Source: Acidobacteriota bacterium (GTDB lineage: Bacteria; Acidobacteriota; Terriglobia; Terriglobales; Acidobacteriaceae). From it: a stretch of 64,000 bases of DNA. The stretch is from NCBI GenBank assembly GCA_021818585.1, contig JAKATU010000089.1:63735-127734 (forward strand), read 5' to 3'. The notes under the pieces are model-generated. The model was not told the origin of the DNA. It made no database searches and saw only the letters and a program-made list of their open reading frames with translations. Positions 49,748 to 60,050 of this stretch are shown here, one piece after another; within the stretch, counting starts at the first letter, position 1, and each line of letters opens with the position of its first letter. Made by a program: the position numbers and the translations under genes.

Positions 49748-51478
49748 TCAGCCGCCGGCGCCCTCAAAATGCAGCTCAATCTCCTCCAGCGTTTTGCCCT
49801 TCGTTTCCGGTAGAAACAGCGTCGCCGTCGTAAAGTAAAGCGCCGCGCAACCCGCCCAGATAAAGAACATCGCGTAGTACCCAAAATGCGCAACTATCGG
49901 CAAAAACAGAAACGCCATCATCGTGGAAACCCCCTGGTTGAGCAGCAGCGCAATGCCCATCCCCGAAGACCGGATCCGCGTCGGCATCAGCTCAGACAGC
50001 GCAAGCCACACCACCACACCAGGCCCCGCTGCATAGCAGCAGATAAACGCCCCAAGGCACAACGCAATCAACCATCCCGTGCTCTGAGGCGGAACAGGCC
50101 CATAACTGGCAAGCTCCACTACCAGAGCCTTCCCCGCATCCTTCGATGCAGGCACAATCTTCAACGCAGGATGCGCGCTCGACGTCACCACCGTCGCGAT
50201 ATGCTCGCCGCTGCCATACCGGTACAGCACCGTCAGCGCCATAGCGTGCCCTGTCGGAGCCATCCCCAGCGCCGAATCGCTTACCGGCATGGTGATCTCG
50301 TTGCCCGACTGTGCAGCCGCTACCCGCGCCTTCACATTCACCTGCCGGGACTCGAACCGCAAGAAGATCAGCCCGGCCGCAACCATCGAGAGCACAATGC
50401 CCGCCGTCCCGGCCTTCAGCAGAAAGCGTCGTCCCTTCCGGTCCACCAGCGCAACGCCAATCAGTGTTGCAACACAGTTCAATACTGTGACAACAATATC
50501 TCCTTGCGTAGACAACGTCGGCGTGAGCCCAGCCTTCTTCAGAATCACCACAATAAAGCTCAGCACGGAGTTGATGCCCGTAGCCGTATTCAGTGACAAA
50601 ATCGCGCACGCCAGCAGAAACGGAATCACGTACTTCCTCTGCAGCAGCGAGTCGAAGCCCTTCATGAGTACATTCGTATCGCGTTCCGTCGTCAGGGCCT
50701 GCATCTCCTTCAGTTCCAGTTCGGCCTCATCACACGAGGTCGACTTCGCCAGAGCACGCAACGCCTGCTCCACCTTGCCCCGCCGGAAAAGCCACCGCGG
50801 ACTCTCACCCAGAAACATCGACCCCGCAAAAAAAACCAGCCCCGGATAAATAATGGCAAGGAACATACTGCGCCATGCATGATTCTCCGCCGCCAGAATC
50901 AAAACAGAGTTGCCCGCCGCCTGCGAGATCAAATGCTGAGCCTGATGCGTGTAGTAATAGCCGATCAGCGAGGCCATCACAATCCCAAATGTCAGCATGA
51001 ACTGAAACAGCGCAGTGCCGCGTCCGCGCAAATCCGCCTTCAGCGTCTCGGCAAGATACAGCGGAACCACAACCGCAATCACGCCTCCGCTCATCCCCTG
51101 CAGAAGCCGCCCCACAAACAGCTCCACAAAGCCTTGCGATGTAAAGATGAGCCCGATGCTGATCACAAACAGCAGCCCGCTCACCACCATCATCCGCTTG
51201 CGACCAAACCAGTCAGCCAGTAGCCCCGCTAGAGGAGAAGACAGCATGCTTCCGCCCAGCACCGCCGCCACAATCAGCGACTTCTGCTCCACAGACAGGT
51301 CCACAGCCTTGCCCAGGTACAACAGCGCAGCGGCAATAATGCCCACGTCTATCCCGTAAAGGAGCCCGCCCATCCCCGCAATGAAGATGAGAAAACGACG
51401 ATAAATAGAAGAGTTCAAGGGTTTCGGTTCCTGCATACCGTTACCGCAGCCTGCCGCAGCCGCAGAAATTTTTGTCAT
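49748..51478 (-). CDS. MFS sugar porter with a large loop insertion
   Basis: GGLLYGID, DWFGRK, PLYLAE, ESPRWL, VDRKGRR, SELMP..RS, PETKGKTLEEI. Confidence 0.9.
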   Translation of the reverse strand: MTKISAAAAGCGNGMQEPKPLNSSIYRRFLIFIAGMGGLLYGIDVGIIAAALLYLGKAVDLSVEQKSLIVAAVLGGSMLSSPLAGLLADWFGRKRMMVVSGLLFVISIGLIFTSQGFVELFVGRLLQGMSGGVIAVVVPLYLAETLKADLRGRGTALFQFMLTFGIVMASLIGYYYTHQAQHLISQAAGNSVLILAAENHAWRSMFLAIIYPGLVFFAGSMFLGESPRWLFRRGKVEQALRALAKSTSCDEAELELKEMQALTTERDTNVLMKGFDSLLQRKYVIPFLLACAILSLNTATGINSVLSFIVVILKKAGLTPTLSTQGDIVVTVLNCVATLIGVALVDRKGRRFLLKAGTAGIVLSMVAAGLIFLRFESRQVNVKARVAAAQSGNEITMPVSDSALGMAPTGHAMALTVLYRYGSGEHIATVVTSSAHPALKIVPASKDAGKALVVELASYGPVPPQSTGWLIALCLGAFICCYAAGPGVVVWLALSELMPTRIRSSGMGIALLLNQGVSTMMAFLFLPIVAHFGYYAMFFIWAGCAALYFTTATLFLPETKGKTLEEIELHFEGAGG

Positions 51479-51627
51479 GGTAACGTAATCACCCTCAGGC
51501 TGCCAAACCACACCACCGTCTTCCACCGGCACACAGCTCATCGCTGGGAAAACCTTGAGGCAATGCTTTCCTCAGCCAATCCTGCCGTCACCGCTCGTCG
51601 CACGCAGAGCCTGTAACCTGTCCACCC

Positions 51628-52728
51628 TTAACTTGAACTCGCTTCGTTCACATTCTTCGTCGTCACAATCTTGTGCTGCACATAGTTGTAAGGCGGCACC
51701 GTCTGCCCGCGCAGCAGCGTCACTCCAAGCTGAATCAACCGTGGTCCGTAAGTCTCCACGTTATGCGAAATCGAACCGATCATCGGGCCATTGCCCTTCT
51801 TCAGTTCTTCCAGCACTTCCGGAATGCAATCCTGCCCCACGATCGCCACTGTCTTGTCGCGCTGCGCATGCCGCGCACTCTGCAGCGCCCCCAGCGCACT
51901 CGTGTCCGTGGCTGCCGCAATCAAAATCCGATCTGTCTTGGCATGCCGCTTGAAAAATTCTGACATCACCTGCGCGCTCGTGTTCCGCAATCCCCTTCCA
52001 TCCAGCCGAACGCAGCGCGTCACATCCACCTCCGGCAACAGCGACCGCACTCCCTCAAACGCCCCCGTCACTCGGCTCTGCACAAACGTGCCCGCCTCAG
52101 CCACGTCCAGGCCAATCACCCAGTCCACTTTGCCCTTCCATTGTCGCATCGCATGTTGCGCCAGCAACCGCCCCGCCTCGTAGCCAACTTCAAAATTGTC
52201 CACGCCAAAAAACACCGCACTCGGGTGCGGAATATCGACCGCAATCAGCGGAATGCCGGCCTTCGAAATCGTATGCGCAATCACCGGCGCAATGCTTTCT
52301 TCAATCTGGAATTCAACCACCAGGTCAACACCCTCGGCCACAAAATCTTTGGCATTCCGTATCGCCGTCTCAGCATCGTAGCGGTTGTCGCGAATCATCA
52401 GTTCCACGCCCGACGCAGCAGCCGCATCCATCAGGCTGCTCGTCACCGCCTCTGAGAACGGCATCTCCGCGCTCTGCGCCGCAAATCCAAACCGAATCTT
52501 CTTCGGTCTCGCCACCAGCCGGTACGCGCCATCAGAAGTCTGCGCCACGTATCCCCGATGCACAAACGTCTTCAATATTCGATAAATGCTCGTCTTTGAA
52601 ATCCTTGATCGCTGGTAAATGACCTCCAGCGTCAACGGCTTGTTTTCAGACTCAAGCAGCTCCAGAATATCCAGAGCCTTGGAAAGAATGGGGATCAGGT
52701 AAAGACGCTTAATCTGCTGCTGGGCCAA
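51628..52728 (-). CDS. IclR-type HTH fused to a periplasmic-binding-protein-like sugar sensor domain
   Basis: LSKALDILELL...SKTSIYRILKTF..RGYV, then RbsB-like AGIPLIAVD, GVDNFEVG, IVGQD. Confidence 0.85.
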   Translation of the reverse strand: MAQQQIKRLYLIPILSKALDILELLESENKPLTLEVIYQRSRISKTSIYRILKTFVHRGYVAQTSDGAYRLVARPKKIRFGFAAQSAEMPFSEAVTSSLMDAAAASGVELMIRDNRYDAETAIRNAKDFVAEGVDLVVEFQIEESIAPVIAHTISKAGIPLIAVDIPHPSAVFFGVDNFEVGYEAGRLLAQHAMRQWKGKVDWVIGLDVAEAGTFVQSRVTGAFEGVRSLLPEVDVTRCVRLDGRGLRNTSAQVMSEFFKRHAKTDRILIAAATDTSALGALQSARHAQRDKTVAIVGQDCIPEVLEELKKGNGPMIGSISHNVETYGPRLIQLGVTLLRGQTVPPYNYVQHKIVTTKNVNEASSS

Positions 52729-52850
52729 ACGCGCACCTCGCTGGAAGCACCTCTGCGGGCATTTCCTCTATTGAAATGATTACTGTCCGCATTCTACCCA
52801 ACCACCGCACCGTTACAACCTTTATTCTCAACTTTCTCCTCAACCCGCCT

Positions 52851-53876
52851 TCAGCGCACCGTAATCGTTAACGCCCCGCTCGACGAAACTCCCGCTGCCA
52901 CCCCCGTCACCGTCACCGTATACCTCCCCCGCGTCGTCCCCACTCCGGCGCCCGGCTGCCCTGTTACCCCGCACCCCATCAGCCAAAGTGAAAACACGCC
53001 CACCCCAATCGAGTGCAGCGCCCGCATCCAGCGCTTCCGCATCCAGCGCTTCTTCCGCACCGGCCACGTCATCAGCAACAGCGCCACAGGCATCCCGCCG
53101 CCACCCGGAGCAGCCGCGCTCCCTGCCCCGCCATACGCGATCAGCCCACTGCTTCCCCTCGTCGTCACCGTCAGGGTCGCCGTTCCCGCCGCGCCGCCCA
53201 CAACGCTCACAGGATTCGTCGACCCAAAACTCAGCCGAGGCAAATCATGCACAATCCTGGGCGCGCCTGTCACCGCGGCCGTCAAATCCACCACCCCGCT
53301 AAATCCCCGGCACGGATACACCGTCACCGCGACCGTTTTTCCCATAACAGCTCCACGAGCAATCGTGATCCCAGGCGCGGCGATCGAAAAATACGCAGGC
53401 TCCGCATTCACCACCACCTCCGCCTGCCCGGTCGACGCACTGTAATACGACTCACTCGCCGCATCCGGCGTATAACCCGCCGTCAGCACATCCGTCCCAA
53501 CCGCCAGCACGCCACCCGGAACCGTCAACGCCGTCGAACCGCCCGCATCGAGCGCACCGCTCAACGCAAGGCTCCCCGCATACAGGTCCACCGTCCCCGT
53601 CGGCGTGGGAGCACCCGGCTCGCTCGCAACCTGCACCGTCACCACGAAGCTCTGCTCCACGGTTACCTGCGTCGCCGCGGGAATCACATGCACCGCCGGC
53701 GACGGCAAACTCGAAACCCATCCATACATCGCGGCAAGCGCATCGCTCACACCACTCGCACCGGTAACCGTAGCGCCCCGCGACCGGGCCACCCGGCCAC
53801 GCACCACCACCGGCAAACTCACAACGCAAACTAAAACAGTAACTAATACAATTACAAATATGCGAATATTTCCCAT
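52851..53876 (-). CDS. Ig-like (Big_3) surface protein with C-terminal hydrophobic/basic-GCG tail; may be internally deleted
   Basis: PTPTGTV.L...LAVGTDVLTAGY.PD; C-terminal LWLMGCG...GTTRGRYTVTVTG. Confidence 0.65.
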   Translation of the reverse strand: MGNIRIFVIVLVTVLVCVVSLPVVVRGRVARSRGATVTGASGVSDALAAMYGWVSSLPSPAVHVIPAATQVTVEQSFVVTVQVASEPGAPTPTGTVDLYAGSLALSGALDAGGSTALTVPGGVLAVGTDVLTAGYTPDAASESYYSASTGQAEVVVNAEPAYFSIAAPGITIARGAVMGKTVAVTVYPCRGFSGVVDLTAAVTGAPRIVHDLPRLSFGSTNPVSVVGGAAGTATLTVTTRGSSGLIAYGGAGSAAAPGGGGMPVALLLMTWPVRKKRWMRKRWMRALHSIGVGVFSLWLMGCGVTGQPGAGVGTTRGRYTVTVTGVAAGVSSSGALTITVR

Positions 53877-54147
53877 GCCGTTTCGCTCCCGTGCCTTCCA
53901 GCAATCGCTCGGCAATTCCTCCCATCCCTGCTCCGCGCTGGCTCAGCCGCGCACTCGACGAAAACTTTCTCATCCGGTCTCCGAGGATCTGCTAATCCCT
54001 CCATCGGCAGCTCCGCCCTGCGCATTTATCAGCAATGCACCCGAAAATTCGCACCGCACCTATCCCCAAATTCATCCCACTCAAACGGCAGTCTGCAGCA
54101 ACCTCGCATCTGACTAACAAGTTCATAATTCAACCGCGGGATCACGC

Positions 54148-56000
54148 ATGACCCTTACCTCCTATCCGTGGAAACATGGCGCCACCCAACTCGCCTCCGG
54201 TGCATGGAACTTCCGCGTCTGGGCCCCCGAAAAGCAATCTATCCACCTGCGCGTCCTCGATCCCATCGAGCGCGTTCTCCCCATGCAGCCCCAGCTGGAC
54301 GGCTACCATCAGCTCACCCTCGCCGATCTCCCTGACGACGCACGCTACTTCTTCCGCGTCGACGGCCGCGACCTGCCCGACCCCGCATCGCGATTCCAAC
54401 CCGAGGGCGTCCACGGACCATCCCAGCTCATCACCGCAACCTTCCCCTGGCATGACGAATGCTGGCGTGGATTCTCCCTCCGCGACTACGTCTTTTACGA
54501 ACTCCACATCGGCACGTTCACCGCCGAAGGCACCTTCGACGCCGTCATCCCGCACCTCGATGCACTCGCAGAAACCGGCATGACAGCTATTGTGATCATG
54601 CCCGTCGCCGCCTTCCCCGGCAGCCGCAACTGGGGCTGCGACGGCGTCTCGCCATTCGCCGTTCACGCCGCTTACGGCGGTCCCTTCGCACTCAAGCGCC
54701 TCGTCGATGCCTGCCACCAGCGCGGCCTCGCCGTCGTTCTCGACGTCGTCTACAACCACCTCGGCCCGGAAGGCAACTACCTCTCCGCATTCGCACCCTA
54801 CTTCACGCAGAAGTACCGCACACCCTGGGGCTCCGCCATCAATTTCGACGACGAAAACAGCGACGAAGTCCGCAATTACTTCCTCGAAAACGCGCTCCGC
54901 TGGGTCACCGAATTTCACATAGACGCGCTCCGCCTCGACGCCGTCCACGCCATCCACGACGAGTCCGCATCCCCATTCCTCGCCGAACTCGCCGATGCCA
55001 TCCACCACGAAGCCTCCACCCACAACCGCCACATCCACGTCATCGCCGAAAGTGACCTCAACGACATCCGCATCCTCATCCCTCACATTCGAGGTGGCTA
55101 CGCGCACGACTCCCAGTGGAGCGACGACTTCCACCACTCCCTCTGGACCCTCCTCACCGCTGACCGCAACGGCTACTATCAGGACTACGGCCGGTCCATC
55201 ACCTCGCCACCGCATATCGCGAAGGCTTCGTCTACTCCGGCCAGCACTCCGCCTACCGTCGCCGCCGTCACGGCAACTCATCCCACAACATCCCCGCGCG
55301 CCAGTTCACCGTCTGTATCCAGAACCATGACCAGATCGGCAACCGCATGCTCGGCGAGCGCCTCACCACGCTCGTATCGTTCGAACAGCTCAAGCTCGCC
55401 GCCGCTGCCGTTCTGCTCTCACCCTTCCTGCCGCTTCTCTTCATGGGTGAGGAGTACGGAGAAACCGCGCCTTTTCTCTACTTCGTCAGCCACTCTGACG
55501 CAGACCTCATCGAAGCCGTCCGCAACGGACGCCGGCGCGAGTTCTCCGCCTTCGCATGGCAAGGCACACCGCCCGACCCCCAGGACGAAGCCACATTCCT
55601 TCAGTCCATACTCAATCACGATCTCAAGCAGCAGGAACCCCACAGCACCCTCTACGCCTTCTACCGCCACCTCCTCCAACTGCGAAAATCCCTGCCCTCC
55701 CTGCGCCATCTCAGCAAGGCGCAAATGGAAGTCACCGCCATCGAAGACGCAAACACTCTCTGCCTGCGCCGATGGCACGCCGATGACCAAACCCTCCTGG
55801 TCCTCGCATTCTCCAGCGTCGCAACCACCGTCAAGACAACCCTCCCGCAGGGCGCATGGCAAAAAATCCTCGACTCCAGCGAAGCAAAATGGCGCGGCCC
55901 ACAAGCCATCTCGCCCGAATCTCTCGCCCCCGGCGAAACTCTGCCAATGAGCCCTCACGCCGCCGTACTCTACCTCAAAGCACAGGAGCAAAAATCCTGA
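54148..56000 (+). pseudogene. treZ: Malto-oligosyltrehalose trehalohydrolase, frameshifted
   Basis: FRVWAP, PDPASRFQPEGVHG, YELHIGTF, DVVYNH, LRLDAVHA, IAES, QWSDDFH; one base missing near 55193; QNHDQIGNR and FMGEEYG lie in the next frame. Confidence 0.88.
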
Positions 56001-56861
56001 TGCCAACCTGCTCCGCCATCACGAGTCCTCAGCTCCTTCGCAATCACCTCGCAACAAAGGTCCTCGCATGACGCCGGCCAAAGCTCGCTTGTCCACCTGC
56101 CGCGTCCAGTTCAACGACCTCTGCGCCAAGCACCGCAACTACGACCTCGGCCTCATCCTCGACATCGTTCCCAACCGCATGGCCGCAAGCCACGAAAAAC
56201 CCTGGTGAACTGACGTTCTCGATCACGGCCCCGCATCACCCTACGCGCATTACTTTGACATTGACTGGCGCCCCATCGCCTCCAAATCCGCCTTCCTGCA
56301 AAACGACAACATCCTTCTGCCCATCCTCGGCGACCTCCAGGGCAACGTCCTCCAGCGCGGCGAGCTAACCCTCGACATCGACGAAACCGGCTTCTTCCTC
56401 CACTACTGGCAGCACAAGCTCCTCATCGATCCCGCCACCTGGGACCCATCCTCGCAGCCTGGCTCGAACGCATCCAGCTCTTTCTATGCGACCGCGCACT
56501 CGACTTCCGCTGCGCCAACCCCAGCCTCTACCAGCAGGGCCAGTACATCCCGCTGGAAACCTTAGGCCCCCATCAGCAAAGCCTCTGCGCCTTTGCCCGG
56601 CGGCTCCAGAATCAGTTGGGCCATCACCCTCCTGCCCGTCTCAGTACGCGACTCGGCACTACAGGCCGCTGGCCCCTCGGAGAAAAACACTGGCTCGAAA
56701 CATCCGTCGAACTACCCGCGGACGCACCCGATCGGTGGCATAACACCCTTAACGGCGAAAGCCTCGAAACCACGATTGACCACGACGGACAGAAGGCCCT
56801 GACTATCTCCGAAGTACTCAAAATCTTACCCTGCGCACTGCTCCAGGCCGCGGCAACTTAA
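56000..56861 (+). pseudogene. treY: Collapsed malto-oligosyltrehalose synthase remnant
   Basis: GLILDIVPNRMA...[22 protein letters not shown]...LPILGD (stop at 56206), then the C-terminal W..T.VELP...W.NTLNG...LPCALL; only about 0.86 kb. Confidence 0.82.
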
Positions 56862-57346
56862 ACCGGCTTGCCCATCTCCCCATGCAGCGTCACATCCAGC
56901 TCATCAGGGCCAAACTGGTAACGCGACTGAATATGGAACGGAGACGGCTGCGAATGCAGCCGAAAGTCATAACCCTCAATCACCACCGGCGGAGACAGCA
57001 TGCAACCGGACGCCAGTTCCGGAATGCCGCCCTTCCACGTGCCGGCGATCATGTTGCACAACTCCCCAAGTGCATCCTGCGCCATCCCCTGGTCATTGTC
57101 CGCCTTCCCCGTAAGCAGCTCGGCAATCCGCATCCCGGAAGCGCGGCTTACATGCACCACGCACGAGCCACGCATCGCGCCGGCCATTCCCACAATCGCG
57201 CCAATCGTCTCCTGCCGCGTCGTCCAGCCCACCGCCTCTACCGGCGCGCAGCTCACTCCCAGCATTGTGCCAAACACCTCTTCCACGGCTAGATCCAGCC
57301 GCTGCTCAAAGCTCTCAGGCTTGGCCTGCATCGTGTAGAGCTTCAT
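56858..57346 (-). CDS. cheX: Chemotaxis phosphatase CheX
   Basis: AIVGMAG..RG, DALGELCNMIAG (ExxN), LSPPVVIEG. Confidence 0.88.
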   Translation of the reverse strand: MKLYTMQAKPESFEQRLDLAVEEVFGTMLGVSCAPVEAVGWTTRQETIGAIVGMAGAMRGSCVVHVSRASGMRIAELLTGKADNDQGMAQDALGELCNMIAGTWKGGIPELASGCMLSPPVVIEGYDFRLHSQPSPFHIQSRYQFGPDELDVTLHGEMGKPV

Positions 57347-57732
57347 CCCGCAATCCCTTCGAGCAACGGCAGCACCCGGTCCTTCACCTGGTCCGGCGTA
57401 AACGGTTTGCGGATATATCCCTTCGCACCAGCCTCCACGACCTGCATCACGTGGTCGCCGCTGCTCTCCGTCGTAATCATCACCACCGGCACGCCCGGCG
57501 CCAGGTTAGCCGCCTTCAGTTGGCGCAAAAACTCCAGCCCGTCCATGTGCGGCATGTTGATGTCAGAGAAGATCAGGTCCACGTTCTTGCCGCGCAGCAC
57601 CTCCAGCGCTTCCACGCCGCTGCCCGCCTCGAACACGTCAGAAAAATTCAGCCCCGCCGCGCGCAGCGAGCGCTCCACTATCTTCCGCATCACGGAAGAG
57701 TCATCCACTATCAGCGCCTTCAAGTCACGCAT
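57343..57732 (-). CDS. cheY: CheY-like single-domain response regulator
   Basis: LIVDDS..MRKIV, SDINMP.MDG, MITTE, YIRKPF. Confidence 0.85.
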   Translation of the reverse strand: MRDLKALIVDDSSVMRKIVERSLRAAGLNFSDVFEAGSGVEALEVLRGKNVDLIFSDINMPHMDGLEFLRQLKAANLAPGVPVVMITTESSGDHVMQVVEAGAKGYIRKPFTPDQVKDRVLPLLEGIAG

Positions 57733-57814
57733 CGGCAAACCTCACATGTTTCGCAGAATAGGAAACGTGTTGAGGTTATCGACGGAATGGAGGGAAAAGT
57801 TGAGTGGGGGTGGA

Positions 57815-59956
57815 TTACTTATCCGAGGAAGCACCATCCTCCAGCACAGCCTCCACCAGCTTCTCCAGCGGCGTCAGCACGGCAAACTGCGTCAGCGCCA
57901 CCGGCTTCTTCGCCGCTGCAATCACTTGCAACTGCTCGGCCTTCCAACCCGCGGGCGCCGTCTCGCCAGAAGACAAGTACCCCAACGCCGCAATCCCCAC
58001 GCACCCCAGTTGCGCCAACTGCCCCGGCCGCGCTTCAGCCTCGGCCAGCAGCGGCGAGTGTTTCATCAACTGCTGCGCGCCCGGCTCGGCCTGCACCCAG
58101 CTCGCAAACAAGTGCGTCAACGCCATCTCCCCCGCCTGGTCCGCGCGAGGAGCCTGCAAATACGCATCCACCATCACCTCAAAATCATGCCGCAGCGGCG
58201 GATCAGGCCGCAGTGCGTCCACCCAGTGGTCCAGCGGCGCATGCGTCGTAATCTTGTGCTCCGTCGAGTAGTGCGCCCGCTCGCCCCAGCTCACCGGCTC
58301 CATCGTCGCAGCCAGCACGCGCAGCGGTGCAATTTGCTCAGTCCCCGCCATCATCCGCAAACTCGCCCACTCCTGCGAAATCTGTGTCAACCCCAGGGTC
58401 TCCAATCGCACCGACTCAACATGCAACCGACGATACATGTCGTTCACGTTGTTCACACTCTCCGGCGACCACAACCGCTCCGCAATCGCCGCCGCGCGCG
58501 GCCATATGCGCGAGTCAATCGTCTTCCCATCCACGTACTCATTCCACATGCACGCCTCGCCGCCCAATATCCGCTTCTTCTGTGCAGCCGTCAGCGTGCT
58601 GCTCGCAGGTATCGGATTCACCGCGTAATACGCAGACGCCGGCGACATGTGGTCCAGGTAATATCCCGAAGACAAAATCCCGTCATGGCCTTCCTGTGCC
58701 GCCTTCGCCAGCGATTTGTAACCGCGCCAGGATTGAATACTCACGCTCTCCGGCAGCCCCGGCGTCAACACCTCGTCCCACCCAATCATCCGCTTGTGAT
58801 ACTTCGTCAGAATCTTCAACACCCGCCGATTGAAATACGCCTGCAGCGCCGCCGTTCCCTTCAACCCATGCGTCCGCATAAACGCCTGGATTCGCGCATT
58901 ATGCCGCCACTCCACGCCGTTGTTCTCATCGCCGCCGATGTGAAAATACTCGTCCGGAAAGATCGTCACCATCTCCCCGATAAACTTGTCCAGAAAGCGA
59001 TACGTGCTCGCACGCGTCGGATCCATCACCGGGTCAAACACCCCAAACCGGTCCTGAATATGAAACGGTCCCTTCGCGCTCGCCAGCTCCGGATAGCCCA
59101 CCATCCACGAGCTCGTGTGCCCCGGCATATCAAACTCCGGCACCACGCGAATTCCGCGCGCCCGCGCATACTTCACAATCTCCCGCGCCTGCGCCTGCGT
59201 ATAAAACTCTCCGTTCGAACCATCCTTCGTCAGCAGCGGAAAAACCTTGCTCTGCATGCGAAATCCCTGGTCATCGCTCAGGTGCCAGTGCAGCACGTTC
59301 AGCTTCACCGCCGCCATGCCGCGAATAATCTGCTTGATCTTCGTCACCGGCACAAAATGCCGGCTGCAATCCAGCATCAGCCCGCGCCACGGAAAACGCG
59401 GCGCATCTTCAATCTTCACCGCCGGGAAAAAATACTGCGTCCCATCGTTCTGCACGAGTTGCAGCAGCGTCTGCAAACCGCGCATTGCACCCACCACGGT
59501 AGCCGCATGCAGATGAATCCCCTGCGATGTCACATCCAGTTGATAGCTCTCGTTCTCGTTGACACCCTGCACAGCCTCACCCGCGCCATCCACGCTCACC
59601 ACAAACGCCGCATCGCCGCTCGTTCCACGCACCGCCGCCGTCGCCACCTCTACGCCGGTCTCTTCCTTCAGCCGCTCCATCGCACGATGAATCGCCGCAT
59701 CCAGCCGCGCGTTATCAAACCTGTCCACCGTCACCGTCAATCCCGGCTGCACCAGCAAATGCCCCTCACCCACCTGTAAATGCGCAGGCTCAGGCATCAG
59801 ATTGTTCTTAAACGCAAATTGCGAATCGCTCCCCTGTGCCATCGCACTCCCCGCCGTCAAAGCTGCAAGCAGCAAAGCACCCGCCACCACACTTCTGCGC
59901 GGTGTCACGCTCTCACCACGCAGCACCTTGCAAACATTTCGCAGCCGCTTCAACAT
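57815..59956 (-). CDS. GH20 beta-N-acetylhexosaminidase, secreted
   Basis: DAPRFPWRGLMLD.SRHF, HWHLSDDQG, PEFDMPGH, HIGGDE, LGGEACMW.E, WPRAAAIAERLW. Confidence 0.93.
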   Translation of the reverse strand: MLKRLRNVCKVLRGESVTPRRSVVAGALLLAALTAGSAMAQGSDSQFAFKNNLMPEPAHLQVGEGHLLVQPGLTVTVDRFDNARLDAAIHRAMERLKEETGVEVATAAVRGTSGDAAFVVSVDGAGEAVQGVNENESYQLDVTSQGIHLHAATVVGAMRGLQTLLQLVQNDGTQYFFPAVKIEDAPRFPWRGLMLDCSRHFVPVTKIKQIIRGMAAVKLNVLHWHLSDDQGFRMQSKVFPLLTKDGSNGEFYTQAQAREIVKYARARGIRVVPEFDMPGHTSSWMVGYPELASAKGPFHIQDRFGVFDPVMDPTRASTYRFLDKFIGEMVTIFPDEYFHIGGDENNGVEWRHNARIQAFMRTHGLKGTAALQAYFNRRVLKILTKYHKRMIGWDEVLTPGLPESVSIQSWRGYKSLAKAAQEGHDGILSSGYYLDHMSPASAYYAVNPIPASSTLTAAQKKRILGGEACMWNEYVDGKTIDSRIWPRAAAIAERLWSPESVNNVNDMYRRLHVESVRLETLGLTQISQEWASLRMMAGTEQIAPLRVLAATMEPVSWGERAHYSTEHKITTHAPLDHWVDALRPDPPLRHDFEVMVDAYLQAPRADQAGEMALTHLFASWVQAEPGAQQLMKHSPLLAEAEARPGQLAQLGCVGIAALGYLSSGETAPAGWKAEQLQVIAAAKKPVALTQFAVLTPLEKLVEAVLEDGASSDK

Positions 59957-60050
59957 TCCAGTTCCTCAGGTCTTTTTATGGGATCGCTATCACACGCACA
60001 TAGTACACAACACAACTCCACCATACATCCTCCCCCGCAATTCCGCTCGC

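Noticed and set aside
55194-55950. Ser/Pro-rich C-terminus of the 600-aa TreZ ORF as a novel domain or programmed frameshift
   Set aside because: Out-of-frame read-through after a 1-bp loss; no slippery sequence, and the neighbouring treY is also dead.
57407-59779. 790-aa + strand ORF
   Set aside because: Shadow of the GH20 and cheY genes on the - strand.
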